A stretch of DNA of 64,000 bases, taken from NCBI RefSeq assembly GCF_016433145.1, contig NC_058134.1, forward strand, positions 35,065,574-35,129,573, read 5' to 3'. Origin of the DNA: Gracilinanus agilis (taxonomy: Eukaryota). This document shows, piece after piece, positions 26,069 to 38,760 of the stretch. The notes under the pieces were generated by a model. It was not told the DNA's origin, made no database searches, and was given only the letters and a program-made list of their open reading frames with translations. The position numbers were made by a program, and so were the translations under genes. Position 1 is the first letter of the stretch, and the number at the start of each line of letters is the position of its first letter.

Positions 26069-28893
26069 TTCATATCATCTATACTCATATATGTTTATAA
26101 ACTGCTCAGTGGACAGACAAGTTTCTTGAAGGCAAGGTCTATTTTTGTTGGTGCATATGAGGTAATTAATAGAAGCCTATTGGTGAATGGCAGATTAATC
26201 TTTGCTTCTTAAAATCCTTACTGGTTCCTTTTCTTACAAAGTTCAAAATTCTTAGAATTTAAATCCATATCCTGTAAGTATTGGCCTCAAGTTCTCTGCC
26301 TAGTCATAATTCCCATAAACTCCCTCTGTGAAACATGGTGTGGTTCAAATGCATAATATTGGGCAAGTTTCTGATTTTCAGTTTCCTAGTCAATCAAATG
26401 TGGGTAAAAATGATTGGCCTAGCTGCCTCATAGGATTATTATAAGAAAATATCAGCACATTCTTTCGGGTAACACGTAAACATGGTGATATGGGCTAGAT
26501 TTTTTATTTCATTGGTATGGAATCACATGTGAGCAATCTCCTTCTACCATTGTTGGTCAGTATCTTCGCTTCAATTTGTAGTGTTAAAGGGATGCCTGGT
26601 GTTCAGGGAAATTAAATGACTAATCCAGGGCCACAACATAATATTTGGGCAAACTACCTTTCCATTCATAATTAACGCTAGCCCTGCTACCTTGTACTAT
26701 TATTCAGATATTCCTTTTTTACTCTTCTTTCCCCAAAGAGATCACAAATTCCTTGTTGTCAGGGGCAATGTGTTTTATATCTTTATATTCCTTCACTACA
26801 CTTAGCGCCAGTGACTTGTGTTAGGTCATTTAGTGATTCGAGAAGTGTTTGTTGCTTGGTATGAGATGGATTTCTTCTTGCATGGTGATCATGACGTAGG
26901 CTGGGTCTATGGCATCTTTTTCTGGCTCATGGATATTGCAGAGGATTCATATCCAGGACCTGTCATCCAACTATAATAAGGACATTTGACTGCAGGGAAG
27001 ATAGCTTTTAGTGGTGAAGCTATTAAATCACTCCTTGGACTACATTATTCATGAGTTTTGTTTATCTGCAGCTATTCTTTATTTTTCTCCCATTCATTCA
27101 CATGGATAATTCTTAGAATTTCTATCTTTTTTTCTTAGTACAGCTAGGACACATATTCTAGTAGAGGCCTTTCTTCTGTCCTTCTGTGAGTCATTTCTAT
27201 CTCCTGAAAATATTTTCCATTGCTTTGTATATGAGAAGCAAGATGATGGAGTAGAGAATGGGCCTTTCAGTCAGAAAGGGTTGGTTTCAAGTTTTGCTTC
27301 TGACATTTATTGGCTGTGAGATCTCTGGCAAATCAATTAACCTCTTAGTGCCCCAGGCAATCCTTGAACACAGGGAGTTGCTTGGTGTTATTTAATTTTT
27401 TTTCTTTTGAATTGGAAGTTTACTGTCTCAACTAATGGGAGGTCTCAAATCTAAATATCTTTATTTATACTTAGGATCACAGACATAGTGCTGTAAAGGG
27501 ATTTTGGAGATCACCCATTTATAGTTTTTGAGTGCTGGAAGCGACCTCAGCTACCTCGTAGTTCAATCCCTATATGAAATGAATCCACATTACAACATAC
27601 CAATCAAGTGGCTCACTAATCACCTTATTTTAAAGGCGAATAAATAGAGGTCTGGAGAAATGAAGGGATTTACCTAAAATTACATGAGTAGGAAGTGCCA
27701 AGGCTGGGATTTGAACTTATGAACTATAAATCTAAATAGGGCACTGACTTGACTGGGCAATGTTGTATCTTCTCAAAGAATGTGTCACAGAGTGCAGGGA
27801 TCATTTTGATTCTGTCTTTGGATCCTCCATATAGGGTGTCAAGCCTTTCCTTTAGAGGGAACTTAATGTTTATTTAATTGAAAAATCAATAGCAGGTGCT
27901 CAATACATGCTCAATTAGTTTAATGATCCAACAAGAATTTTTGTAGGGATAAAAGTCTGTAAGGCGTAAGTGTTTTCTGAAGCTTCCAGAATCAAAGTAA
28001 CAACAACAATTCCTTTTCCATCACATTGTAGCCATGCCTATCCCCCACATCCTCTACTTAATGAGAAACCATATTATTCTAACATATATTCCAATTATAA
28101 ATCCCAGTGATAGTGATTTAAATTGGAAAGGCAGGGAATAAAAATCCATTCATGTCTCCTTATAATTATTGATATTCATTGTAATTCATTGATACTACTA
28201 GCAAATAACTTGCAAAAGGTAGGTTTTATGTCAGAATGAATGTTAGACAAATGCCAAATTGAGATAAAAAATACAATAATCTTGCATTATGGTCCTAAAT
28301 CTAGGACTCATGTTTTTCTTCTTGGTTTCCAAATTTAGTAAACCTTCCATCCTTAACTTTCTTACCTTGTGTAAAAAAAGTGCTATTGTTTCATATTTCA
28401 TGAACACCCGCTCCTGGCCCATATTCTATTTACAGGAACACATAAGTTGCAGAATAAGATCTTTCCCAACTGTTCTGCCAAAGCCGAAATCTCTTCCTCT
28501 TTGTTTGCCTACTAACCTCTCAGATTTAAACTTAAAGCTATTATTTTTCAGGGGCATTATAAACCTTTGGGACATATTTTTAAAATAACTTTTTCATCCA
28601 TTAAAGAAATGAGTCAATTTCCCACCCTACTCCAAAAGTAATAAATGATCAACTAATAATAACTATATTTCTCCTGAGTCATTTCATTAAATTAGATTTC
28701 TTGATGGTATTGAACACTTTAATAAAACCAAGCCCATATGCAAGACTCATTGTGTAGTTGTTATTTCTGACATATTTGGAAGAATGTCTATATTTCGACT
28801 AAGTCTATAATGACAAAGGAAATGCTTTATGGTAATATGCATCTTTTACTTTAAAATGTTTGGGAAATGTAGCCCAACCAAGAATCATGTTAT

Positions 28894-29091
28894 GGGAACA
28901 GCTGGGTAGCTCAGTGGATTAAGAGTCAGGCCTAGAGACGGGAGGTCCTGGGTTTAAATATGGCTTCGGACATTTCCTAGCTTTGTGACCCCGGGCAAAA
29001 TCACTTAACCCCCATTGCCCTTACCATTCTTATGTCTTGGAACCAATACACAGTACTGATTCTAAGACAGAAGGTAAAGCATTAAAAAAAA
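28894..29091 (+). mobile_element. SINE1_Mdo-like SINE, full length
   Basis: A box (agctcagtgg), B-box-like ggtttaaat, CORE, SINE1 tail and poly-A. Confidence 0.93.
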
Positions 29092-29429
29092 GAGAGCACA
29101 TTGTCATTAGGTAGCATTAGCCCACTGTAGGAAATGCTTAACATATTTGTCTGACTGTCCCCCAAATATATATTTCCACATTGTAAATTTATAGGAAAAA
29201 AATAAATTCTTTCAAACATAAAGCAGGGTTGATGTTGTTAAGCTCAGTTTGATCAAATTATTGAATTTTGGATGAAAAATTATTTTATAAAATGTCTTAT
29301 GTGATAAACATTCATCAATATATAATTTCTTTTGGAAAAATGAAAGATAAGATCATGTTAGTTCTCTGATTCTCCAAATACTCTTTTTGTTCTTTCAGGA
29401 TGATCTTATATTTAGAGTTGGTCTTATTA

Positions 29430-30070
29430 CTGAATTTTAGAATGAGAAGGAATCTCAGTTACCATCTATTCCAACTGATACCTGAAAAGATTCCCAGCTA
29501 CAACATCCTTGATATGTAATTATCAGTGCTTTGCTTCAAGATCTGATGATGGGGAACTCACTAACTGATAAAGTGGATCATTCCATATTTGGGGAGTTCC
29601 AGTTGTTAGAAAGTTCCCCTTCTGGAGGCAGCCAGTTGGCTCAGTAGATTGAGAGACAGGCCTAGAAACAGGAGGTCCCGAGTTCAAATTTGAGGTCAGA
29701 CACTTCCTAACTGTGTGACCCTGGACAAGTCGCTTAACCCCCATTGCCTACCCTTACCGCTCTTCTGCCTTGAAACCAATACATAATATTGATTCTAAGA
29801 TGGAAGGTAAGAGTTTACAAAGAAAGTTCCCTTTCCCCACTCCAAACAGTGAAGCTGAATTGGTCTCTTTTAATCTCTGAGCATTTTCTCCTACTTCTTC
29901 CTTTTGAAGTCATTCTTCTGCTACATGATGACCCTTCAGATATTTGAAGCTATCTCTCATGTCCCCTTTGACTCTTCTTCTTTTCAGTCCAAATATTTTC
30001 AGTTCCTTCAATCATTCTTCATACAACTTAGATTCAAAGTCCTTTCTGATTTCCTTCCTGTAGCCCTCAT
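29430..30070 (-). mobile_element. CR1/L3 3' fragment containing a SINE1 insertion
   Basis: Reverse CR1 terminal motif (gggaactcactaac...cattccatatttgggg...gttgttagaaagttc), continuing after the SINE. Confidence 0.65.
29623..29820 (+). mobile_element. SINE1_Mdo-like SINE with a 15-bp TSD
   Basis: TSD agaaagttccc(c/t)ttc at 29608-29622 and 29821-29835; Pol III A and B boxes present. Confidence 0.95.
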
Positions 30071-30239
30071 ATAATGTTTGCACCTCTCCTTTGCTCAAAA
30101 ATATTCACTATTGTCTCCCAAATAAAATTCAATATCCCCTTCCTACTATTCAAAACTGTCCACATTCAGGGGCTACCTTACATCTCCAACCTTCCTTTCT
30201 CGGTTTCTGTTTTCTTTGTCAGAATGGGCTAATCTGTGC

Positions 30240-30395
30240 CACACACCTCCACACATATGTTTCCTCATCTGAAAAATGGGGATAATAATAGCATCTATCT
30301 CCCAGTGTTTTCGTGAGGATCAAATAAGAAAAACATGTAAAGCATCTTACAGTCTTTAAAGTATTGTATTACATAAATGTTATTATTACTATTAT
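30240..30395 (+). mobile_element. MIR fragment
   Basis: gtttcctcatctgaaaaatggggataataatagcatctatctcccagtgttttcgtgaggatcaaataaga. Confidence 0.75.
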
Positions 30396-31662
30396 CCCCA
30401 GTGGTATTTGTAGTTTCTTCCACTTCAATAACCTGATATTCATATACTTAGCCTTTACTTAACAGTGCTTACATCCATCCCTTTCCTTAAGAAGACTGTA
30501 CACTTCTTGTCCTGTCTTACCAAAGTCCGGCACAGTGTGCTGCATATAGGAGTAACATGATGACAATAAAAAATTTGCGGAAGAAATGAATGAATGGGTT
30601 TTGTTGGTTTCAATCACATTTACCCAATGACATGGTTGGATTAGATGGGTCCTGAACTCCTTTAGAATTTTAGCATCCTGCCATTCTCAGCCCCATGTTT
30701 TCCCTGCCTGCTGGGAAACACACAATTAAGAGGAAGCCTTAGACAGTGCCGTTGCCATTCAGGGATAGGACTTTCACCTACATCTAGGTCACTCCACAGA
30801 AAACCCTAAATTAAAAACATACATTAACCAGACAGTACTGAGTAAGCAGCTGCACAAATCCCAAGATGATGCAGCAAATTCTGAAACTGCCAAACAGGGA
30901 CCCTGACCAAGTTTCTCTCTTTTGTTGTGCTTATCAGAGGAAAAAATGACTCACTTGAAGTCTGAAGTCATTGATGTGAGAACTTATCAGATCCTACATT
31001 CATCTGTAATTCATGTTTATTAATAAAGCAGGCAATAGCAGCCAACTGTACTAAGGAGAAAGTATCATCTAGATTCAGGGAATGTTAGAGTTGGAAGAGA
31101 TCTCAGAGATCATAGACTCCAGCCTAAGCAATTTACATCACACTACTGGGTCTCAGTTTCCTCAACAGTACAATGATGACATTGGATTGGGTGACCTCTA
31201 AGGTTCACCAAAAATCCTTTACCTATCTGCCTGATTTAATTCATAGGGATGTTATGAGGACCAAAGGATTTTGCAGATAAAGACTTTCTGAAGTTAAAGA
31301 AACATCGGAAACAATAACTTGGCAAAAGAGTCAGAAAAAAGAAACTTTTTCTTAATAAAAATAAAAAATATGAAAAGGAAAACTTTATTTTAAAAATATT
31401 ACTCATTTTTAACATTCATGCAAGAATGAGTTCCAAATTCTCTATCCCTTCCACTATTGAGAAGGTAAGATATTATGTGATATCAATTATACACATGAAC
31501 ATGAAGAATGCTTTTTCTATACTAACCATGTCGCAAAAAAGCAAGGAAAATAAAGAAAATGAAAAAAATGCTTCAATCATCATTCAAACTACAATTACTT
31601 CTCTGAAGGTAGATAGAATTTTCTTTTATCTTAAGTCCCTGAGAATTGTCTTTGATCATTGT

Positions 31663-31864
31663 TTTTTTTTTAACCCTTACCTTCCATCTTGGAATCAATA
31701 TCATGTATTGGTTTCAAGGGAGAAGAGTGGTAAGGGCTAGGCAATGGGGGTCAAGTGACTTGCCCAGGGTCACACAGCTGGGAAGTATCTGAGGCCAGAT
31801 TTGAACCCAAGACCTCCCATCTCTGGGCCTGACTCTCAATCCACTGAGCTACCCAGCTGCCCCC
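31663..31864 (-). mobile_element. SINE1_Mdo-like SINE inserted in the L1 3'UTR, with TSD
   Basis: TSD ttgatca(t/c)tgt at 31652-31662 and 31865-31875. Confidence 0.95.
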
Positions 31865-32254
31865 TTGATCACTGTATTGATCAGAATAGCTAAATCATTC
31901 ACAGTTGATTATTGTTCAAAATTGCTATGTAAAACATCCTCTTTATTACCCTCACTTCACTTTGCCTGAGATCATATGATTTCTGTTTTTTTCCAAAGAA
32001 TCTGAAAACACCCTGATCATCAATTCTTATAGCACAATAATATTCCATCATAATCATATACCACAACTTGTTCAGTCATTCTTAACTGATAGGTATTCTA
32101 CCAGTTTCTAATTCTTTGCCACCACAAAAAGAGCTGCTGCAAATGTTTTCATATATATTTGTTGTTTTTTTCTTTTTCCTGGATCTTTTTAAGATACAGA
32201 CCTAGTAGCTGTATTGTTGGATCATATGGAATGCATAATTATTTTGAAAAGCAA

Positions 32255-32385
32255 ATGGCATTAAGTGACTTTTCCAGGGTTACACAGATAAGTCAGTGTC
32301 TGAGACTAGATTTAAACTCAACAAGATGAGTGTTCCTGACACCCGGTCCAGCACTGTATCCACTATACATCTAACTGTCCCATAG
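32255..32385 (-). mobile_element. MAR1 5' fragment inserted in L1
   Basis: ttaagtgacttttccagggttacacag...ttaaactcaacaagatgagtgttcctgac...ctaactgtccc. Confidence 0.7.
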
Positions 32386-34196
32386 GTAGACACAGTTTCA
32401 AAATCCTTTGGTCCTGGTTCCAAATTGCTCTCTAGAATGGTTGCATCAGTTTACATATATTAACAGTGCATTAGTGTCCCTATTTTTCCACATCCCCTTC
32501 AATATTTGTCATTTTTCTTTTTTGTCATATTGGCCAATCTTATAAATGTGAGGTGGTATCTCAGAGTTGCTTTAATTTTCATTTCTCTAATCAATAGTGA
32601 TTTAGAACATTTATTCCATGTGACTATAGATAGAGTTGGTTTCTTCTTAAAACTGACTGTTCATGTCCCTTGACCACTTATCAATTGGGGAATGACTGGC
32701 ATTCTTATACATTTGATTAAATTCTCTACATATTTTAAATATGATCCTTCTTTTTTTCAAAGAATCTTGCTTAAAATTTTCCCCTGCTTTTCCTCTGGTA
32801 TTTGCTGCCTTGATTTTATTGATACAACCCCTTTTAAATTTTATGTAAATTATCCATTTTTTCCTTCTCATGATCTTCTCTTCCTTGTTTAGTCATAAAT
32901 TCTTCCCTTAAATGTAGAGGTAAGAGATAAAATTTCCCATGGTCCCTAATTTGCTTTGGCTATTGTTCTTTGTGACTAAATCTTGTGCTTATTTTGGTAT
33001 AAAGTGCAGGATGTTGATCTATACCTAGTTTCTGCCAAATTTCTTTCCAGTTCTCCCAGCAATATTCTTAAATAATGAGTTCTTATAGCCAAAAGCTTAG
33101 ATCTTTGGGTTTATAAAACATTAGATTACTATGGCCATTTACTGTGTTTTGTACACCTAATCTATTTTTCTGATCTACTTTTCTATTACTTAGTAAGTAC
33201 CAGATTGTCTTCATGGTTACCCCTTTGTTATACCATTGAGATCTGCTTTCATATTATTTTCATTAATTTCTTTGATATTCTTGATGATTTGTCCTTCCAG
33301 ATGAATTTTGCTCTTTTTTTTAGCTACGTAAGATAATTTTAGTAGTTTGGCATAGCACAAAATAAGTTAATTTAGGTAAAATTGTCATTTAAAAGTATAT
33401 CGGCTCAGTTATACATAACCAATTTTTATTACTCTTTAATTTTACCTCTTATATTTCTTCCGGTTTTTTTTCTGTTAGACTGTAACATTTTCTATTTAGC
33501 TCTGGCCTTTTTATCAGAAATGCTTGAAAGTCTTCTATTTGACTAAATATCAATTTTCCCCCTCTAAAAGGTTATAATAGGTTTCCTGAGTTATTATTTG
33601 TTGTAATCTTAGCTTTTTTTTGGGCTTCTAGAATGTCATATTCCCAGCCCTTTGTTCCTTTAAGCTGGAAGCTGCGAAATCTTATGTAATCCTAACTGTG
33701 GATACATGATATTTGAATTGCTTCTTTCTTAATGTTTCCATTATTGTCTCCATGACCTGGGGGCTCCACAATTTGGCTATAAAATTCTTGGAAATTTTTG
33801 TTTTGTGATCTCTTTCAGGAGATGATTGGTGGGTTTTTTTCAATTTCTATTTTATCTTCTAGTTCTATGATCTCAGGGGAATTTTCCTTGACAACTTCTA
33901 GAAATATGTTCTCTAGGTATAATTTTTGATCATGGCTTTCACCTAATACAATATTTCTTAAACTCTCTATCTTCAGTCCATTGTCCAGGTAAACTGCATT
34001 TCCAAAGAAATGGTTTTCATTTTCTTCTTCTTTTGATTTTGCTTTGTTATTTCTTGATGCCATGAAGCCATCATCTTCAAGTTGTCCAGTTCTAGTCTTT
34101 GAGAAATTATTTTCTTCAGTGATATTTTGTTTATCTTTTTTCATTTGACCAATTCTGCATTTTAAGAAGTTCTCTTCAGTGGATTTTTGTTCCTCT

Positions 34197-34411
34197 GTTT
34201 TTTTTTTAACTTTTTTTTTTAAACCCTTACCTTCTGTCTCGGAGCCAATATATAGTATTGGCTCCAAGGCAGAAGAGTGGTAAGGGAGGCAATGGGGGTT
34301 AAGTGATTTGCCCAGGGTCACACAGCTGGGAAGTGTCTGAGGCCAGATTTGAACCTAGGACCTCCCATCTCTAGGCCTGGCTCTCAATCCACTGAGCTAC
34401 CCAGCTGCCCC
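34197..34411 (-). mobile_element. Young SINE1_Mdo-like SINE inserted in L1 ORF1, with TSD
   Basis: Close to the other well-preserved copies. TSD tttttgttcctct at 34184-34196 and 34416-34428. Confidence 0.95.
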
Positions 34412-35716
34412 TTTTTTTTTGTTCCTCTTTAGCCATTTTGTCAATTCTACTTTTTAAGTTATTATTTTCTTCAGGATATTTTTATGTCTATTTTACCAAG
34501 CTCTTGACTCTCTTCATAATTTTCTTGCATCACTCTCATTCATTTCCCCAATTTCCTCTCTACCTCTCTTATTTGATTTTTAAATCCTTTTTTAATTCTT
34601 CTAGGATTCTTCTCAGACTTGTTTCTAATTCACATTTTTTTTAAAAATTAAGGTTTTTTTGCTGCTTTGACTTTGTTTTTTCTTCAGAGCTTGTGTCTAG
34701 ATCTTCCTTTTAACCTTAGGAGATTTTTATGATCATGTTATTATTTTTTTTGTTATTTTCTTTTCCCCACTAGTCACTTTATTGATTTTTAACTTTGTAT
34801 TAAAGTTTAGCTCTTCTCTAATGGTGAAGAGTGCACTGTCCCAAGATATAGATTTTTCATGGTACTGTTTTCAGAGCTAGTTCTGGGACTGTTAAGTTTT
34901 CAATACTTCCAAAGTACTATGATCCAAGAAGATGCATGCATGGCCACTGTTCCTCTTGCCTAGGCTCTGGCCTTCGCCAAGAAAGCAACCTTGCTTCCCT
35001 GCAGATACAAATGCTAATGATTTTCTCTGTCTTGGAACTGAGACCAGGGCCTCTCATTTTTTGTGAGTGACCACAAGCACTCTTCTCTGCCCTGGAATTT
35101 TGAACTAGAATTGAATATAATCAATGCAACTGGTTCTCATATCTAGTGCCAGCAAAACGTCTCCTACAATGTTTTTCTGACCAATTGTCTGATTCCTTAA
35201 CCTTCTCTTGGCTGTGTGCTCTGAATGTTGCAGCAGTTGCTGTTGCAGCTGCCTCCCAGGACCCCTGCCAATGTTTCTATGTCCTCAGCTGTACCCGTTT
35301 CAGTGTCACATACCTCTCCTACCAATGCCCTATGTATTTTTGGGCTGGAAAAATATTCACTTCCCCCAAACGTTTGTAAACTCTGCCATGCCAGAATTTG
35401 ATTTGAGGTTTTAGAAAGTTTTTTTTTATTTTAAAATTGTTTGGAGGGGAATGTTGGGAGGCTTCAGCTGATTTGCTGCCTGTTCTCCACTGTCTTTGAT
35501 TTATAGGTATCTACTCAAATTCATGCTGGTATCCAGGAAATCAACATTCTTCATCCACTTCATCTTTCCTATGTAGAAGGCATGGGCAATCTCTTTTGAA
35601 TGATTATAGATTTTTTCCAAGAGGCTTTGCAGTGTTTTGGGGTTTATTGCAGTTAGCAAACAGCTTGAGTACAAGCACATAAGTAGAATGATTTGAAATA
35701 GAATTTACAAACCCAG

Positions 35717-35719
<3 letters not shown>

Positions 35720-35791
<72 letters not shown>

Positions 35792-35856
35792 CTAAAGCTA
35801 GAAATATAGTTTGGGGCTTTGAATTTGTTTTTTAATTTGATACTTATTTATTTTTN

Positions 35857-35894
<38 letters not shown>

Positions 35895-35964
35895 TCTCCC
35901 CTAAAGCTAGAAATATAGTTTGGGGCTTTGAATTTGTTTTTTAATTTGATACTTATTTATTTTT
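35720..35964. repeat. (TC)n microsatellite plus about 68 bp of flank, duplicated across a single N
   Basis: Identical flank on both sides of the n at 35856; probably an unmerged contig overlap. Confidence 0.85.
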
Positions 35965-36699
35965 GGAAAAATGTTGATTCAATAGTCTTTTGTCCTTATT
36001 ATAGATAGACTGGCAGCTGCCTTTCATAAAACACTACATGAGAAGTTTTGGTCATGTTGGGACAAGGGATCTAAATTTGGGAATGTCCAGGTAGACACAT
36101 GCTTTGGTAACCTTCCTACAGAATATTTTAAACAATGTTTATAATCTTAATATCCAATTGCTTTTCAGTTGAAGGCATCTCATTATGTGAATTTTAAATT
36201 TCTCTTTCCAGAAAGAGTGGAAAACAAACCTCAAATGCAACAGGGATGCTGGCTACTTAAAGTATCCTTTTTATGAAACAAGAATTCTTTTGTAATGAGA
36301 CATAATTATGCATAATTTGTTTTCTGAACAAAAATATTTTTAGAAAGAGTTTTATTATCCTGCAAAAAATGCACACTTTACACACATTGTAAATATGAAT
36401 AAAAAATGTAATGGAGTACTTTTGTGCTCAGTATATTCATAATGAAGTCATCAGTCATTGGAGAAACAAGGATAACTTGGGTATGTGGTTACTGAGTCTG
36501 TGTCTATATGATTGCCAATGTTTAATACAGTACTCAGCATATAGTAGACAATAAATTGATTGATTCCATATAAGTGGGATGAAAGCATTACTTTCTCCAT
36601 TTAATATTCATTTTTTCAGTTACAACACTGGAGTCTATCACAGACACATACACACTGTGAGACCCTGGAAGATCCCTAAATGCTTTCTTTAATTTTTCA

Positions 36700-37850
36700 G
36701 AGATTTCTAAGACTATAATTTATAGAGAAAGTGATAACCAAAGTTACACAAGTGTTAAGTAGCAGTGGCAAGATTTTAACTGAGAGACTGGATCAAAATG
36801 GATACTATAGACATAAAAGGAGATACCAGAAGCAAATTAGAATACCAAGAAACATATTACCTATTAAATTTATGAATAGGAGAGGAATTCATGAGCAAAC
36901 AAGACATGGAAAGCATTGTGAGATGTAAAATGGATAATTTTGAGTGCATAACACTGAAAAGTTTTTATATTAATAAAACAAATGTTGCCAGTGCTGGAAA
37001 GAAAGCAAGAAATTTGGGTGGAAATTTTCATAGACTATTTCTCAGCTAGAGGTATCATACTGAAATTATGTAGAGAGTTTTGTGAAATTTATGTGAATAA
37101 GAGCCATTTCCCATTTGATAAGTGGGCAAAAGATATGAACAGATAGTTTTTAGATAAAGAAATCAAAGCTGTATAAAACTACATGAAAATTTCTCTAAAT
37201 TGCTACTTATTAAGGAAATGCAAACCAAAGCAATTCAGGGGTATGATCTCACACACCTCAGATTTGCCAAAATGACAAAAGGGCAAAATGATAAGTGTTA
37301 TAGAAAAGTGGGGTCACTGATGATTGTTGATGAAACTATGAACTGATCCAGCCATTTTGGAGAACAATTTGAAATTGTGTCCAGAGAGCTATGGAACTAT
37401 GTATATCCTATATCCAGCAATACTACTACTGGGTATATTTCCCAAAGAGACTGGGGAGAAAGGAGAAGAACCTATATATTCCAAGATGTTTGAAGCAGCA
37501 ATCTTGGTGGTGGCAGAGAGCTGGAAATTGGGTGGGGGGAGTCCATCAATAGGTTGAGCAAATTGTGGCATCTGACTGTGATAGAGTACTATTGCACCAT
37601 AAGAAACAATGAGCAGGTTGGTTTTAGAAAACCTTGGAAAGAACCACATGACATAATGAAGAATGAAATGAATAGAACCAAGAGAACATTATACGCAGAT
37701 ATAATATTTTAAGAATAACTTGTGATCTTCACCTTCAGAGAATGAGCTGAGAAGTGGAAACACAAATGATGTAATCTACATATTTTTCTGGATGATGCCT
37801 TCTGTGGTGGGGGGGAAAGGAGGAAGGGGTTGAAAAAAAAAAGATTTGAA
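36700..37850 (+). mobile_element. 5'-truncated L1: ORF2 C-terminus and 3'UTR
   Basis: Degenerate ORF2 peptides (MENNLKLCPESY; PAILLLGIFPKE; IYSKMFEAAILVVAESWK). Confidence 0.88.
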
Positions 37851-38379
37851 TTCAGGCCTTTTGTTTTCAAATCCAGCACAATTATTCAGAGACCTGATTC
37901 TGGCTCAAAGTCAGGGCCTCCAACAGATAAGCTACAAATGAAATTTCCCTGCCAATTGAACAGTGGCTTCCTAGAATACAATTTTAATAGAAGTGAATAC
38001 AATTTTAATAGAAGTATATCCATTTTATCTTCACTTCTTCCTCCTTTTTCCTAACCCTACTGTATATTCTGCTGCTTTTTGCTTATGTGTGAGATTGAAA
38101 AAAGAATTCCCCAGCCTTCCCATTTTCTTTCCCTGAAGGATAAGATTTAAGATCCTATAATAAATGGCTTAGCATACATGGTAATGGCACCAAGTCATTT
38201 TTGAAACCCTCCTTGTCTGTCATGTGTTTTTCCTTTAATCATTTTCTAAGTAAAAACATGAAAAAGAAGCAAGCAGAAAAAAGAAAAACTATGCTTCTTC
38301 CTCAGTTCCCAACTCTCTTCCACCCTCTCTAATGCTTATACTTAGAAGTCCTGAGGAAAAAATAGCAGAAACAGGATTC

Positions 38380-38760
38380 AGAGGCAGCAGGCCATAGGGG
38401 ATAGTATTGGCCTTGGAGTAAGGACCACCTGCATTTGAACCCTCCCTCAGACACTCACATGCTGCCTAATCTTGGGCAAGTCACGGAGCCTCTGATCCTT
38501 CATCTAAAAAATAAGGGCACTGAACTTGAAGACCTCTAAAAGTCTCTTTTAGACCTAAATCTATGATCTCAAGGTACATGTCCTTTGACTACTAAAATCT
38601 AAGACTTTTTACTTCAATAACTTTCTACCGATATGACCTTGGGCAATAAAACACGCCCCCCCCCCACACACACCTCATTTTCCTTATCAATACAATAGAG
38701 TGTGAGGTTACATGGCCTCTAATGTTTTTCCAACTCAAAATCTATAATCTTCATCTCTTT
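38380..38760 (+). mobile_element. Tandem MIR3-type SINE fragments
   Basis: Two or three CORE plus MIR3-tail units. Confidence 0.6.

Larger units (their letters stand above)
23760..26340 (+). mobile_element. Fragmented L2 LINE (RT region to 3' end) hosting MIR, hAT MITE and MAR1 insertions
   Basis: Pyrimidine-rich L2 ORF2 with decayed STETAL-KV-ND and LLDLSAAFDTVDH segments at about 24670-24800, and an L2 tail near 26100-26190. Confidence 0.7.
31385..35500 (-). mobile_element. L1 with 5'UTR, ORF1, ORF2 C-terminus and 3'UTR, but lacking the spacer, EN and RT
   Basis: 5' end near 35500. ORF1 remnants (IFLEVVKENSPEIIELEDKIEIE; QIEDFQAFLIKRPELNRK) end at about 33450 and are followed almost immediately by a post-RT ORF2 segment (MTILPKL..F.AMP) at about 33400. 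Confidence 0.85.

Noticed and set aside
33815-34321. 168-aa ORF, the longest without Ns
   Set aside because: Chance read-through from a SINE1 into decayed L1 ORF1; not a host gene.
35720-35964. Apparent tandem duplication of (TC)n plus a unique flank
   Set aside because: The copies are identical and separated by a single N, the pattern expected of an unmerged assembly overlap.
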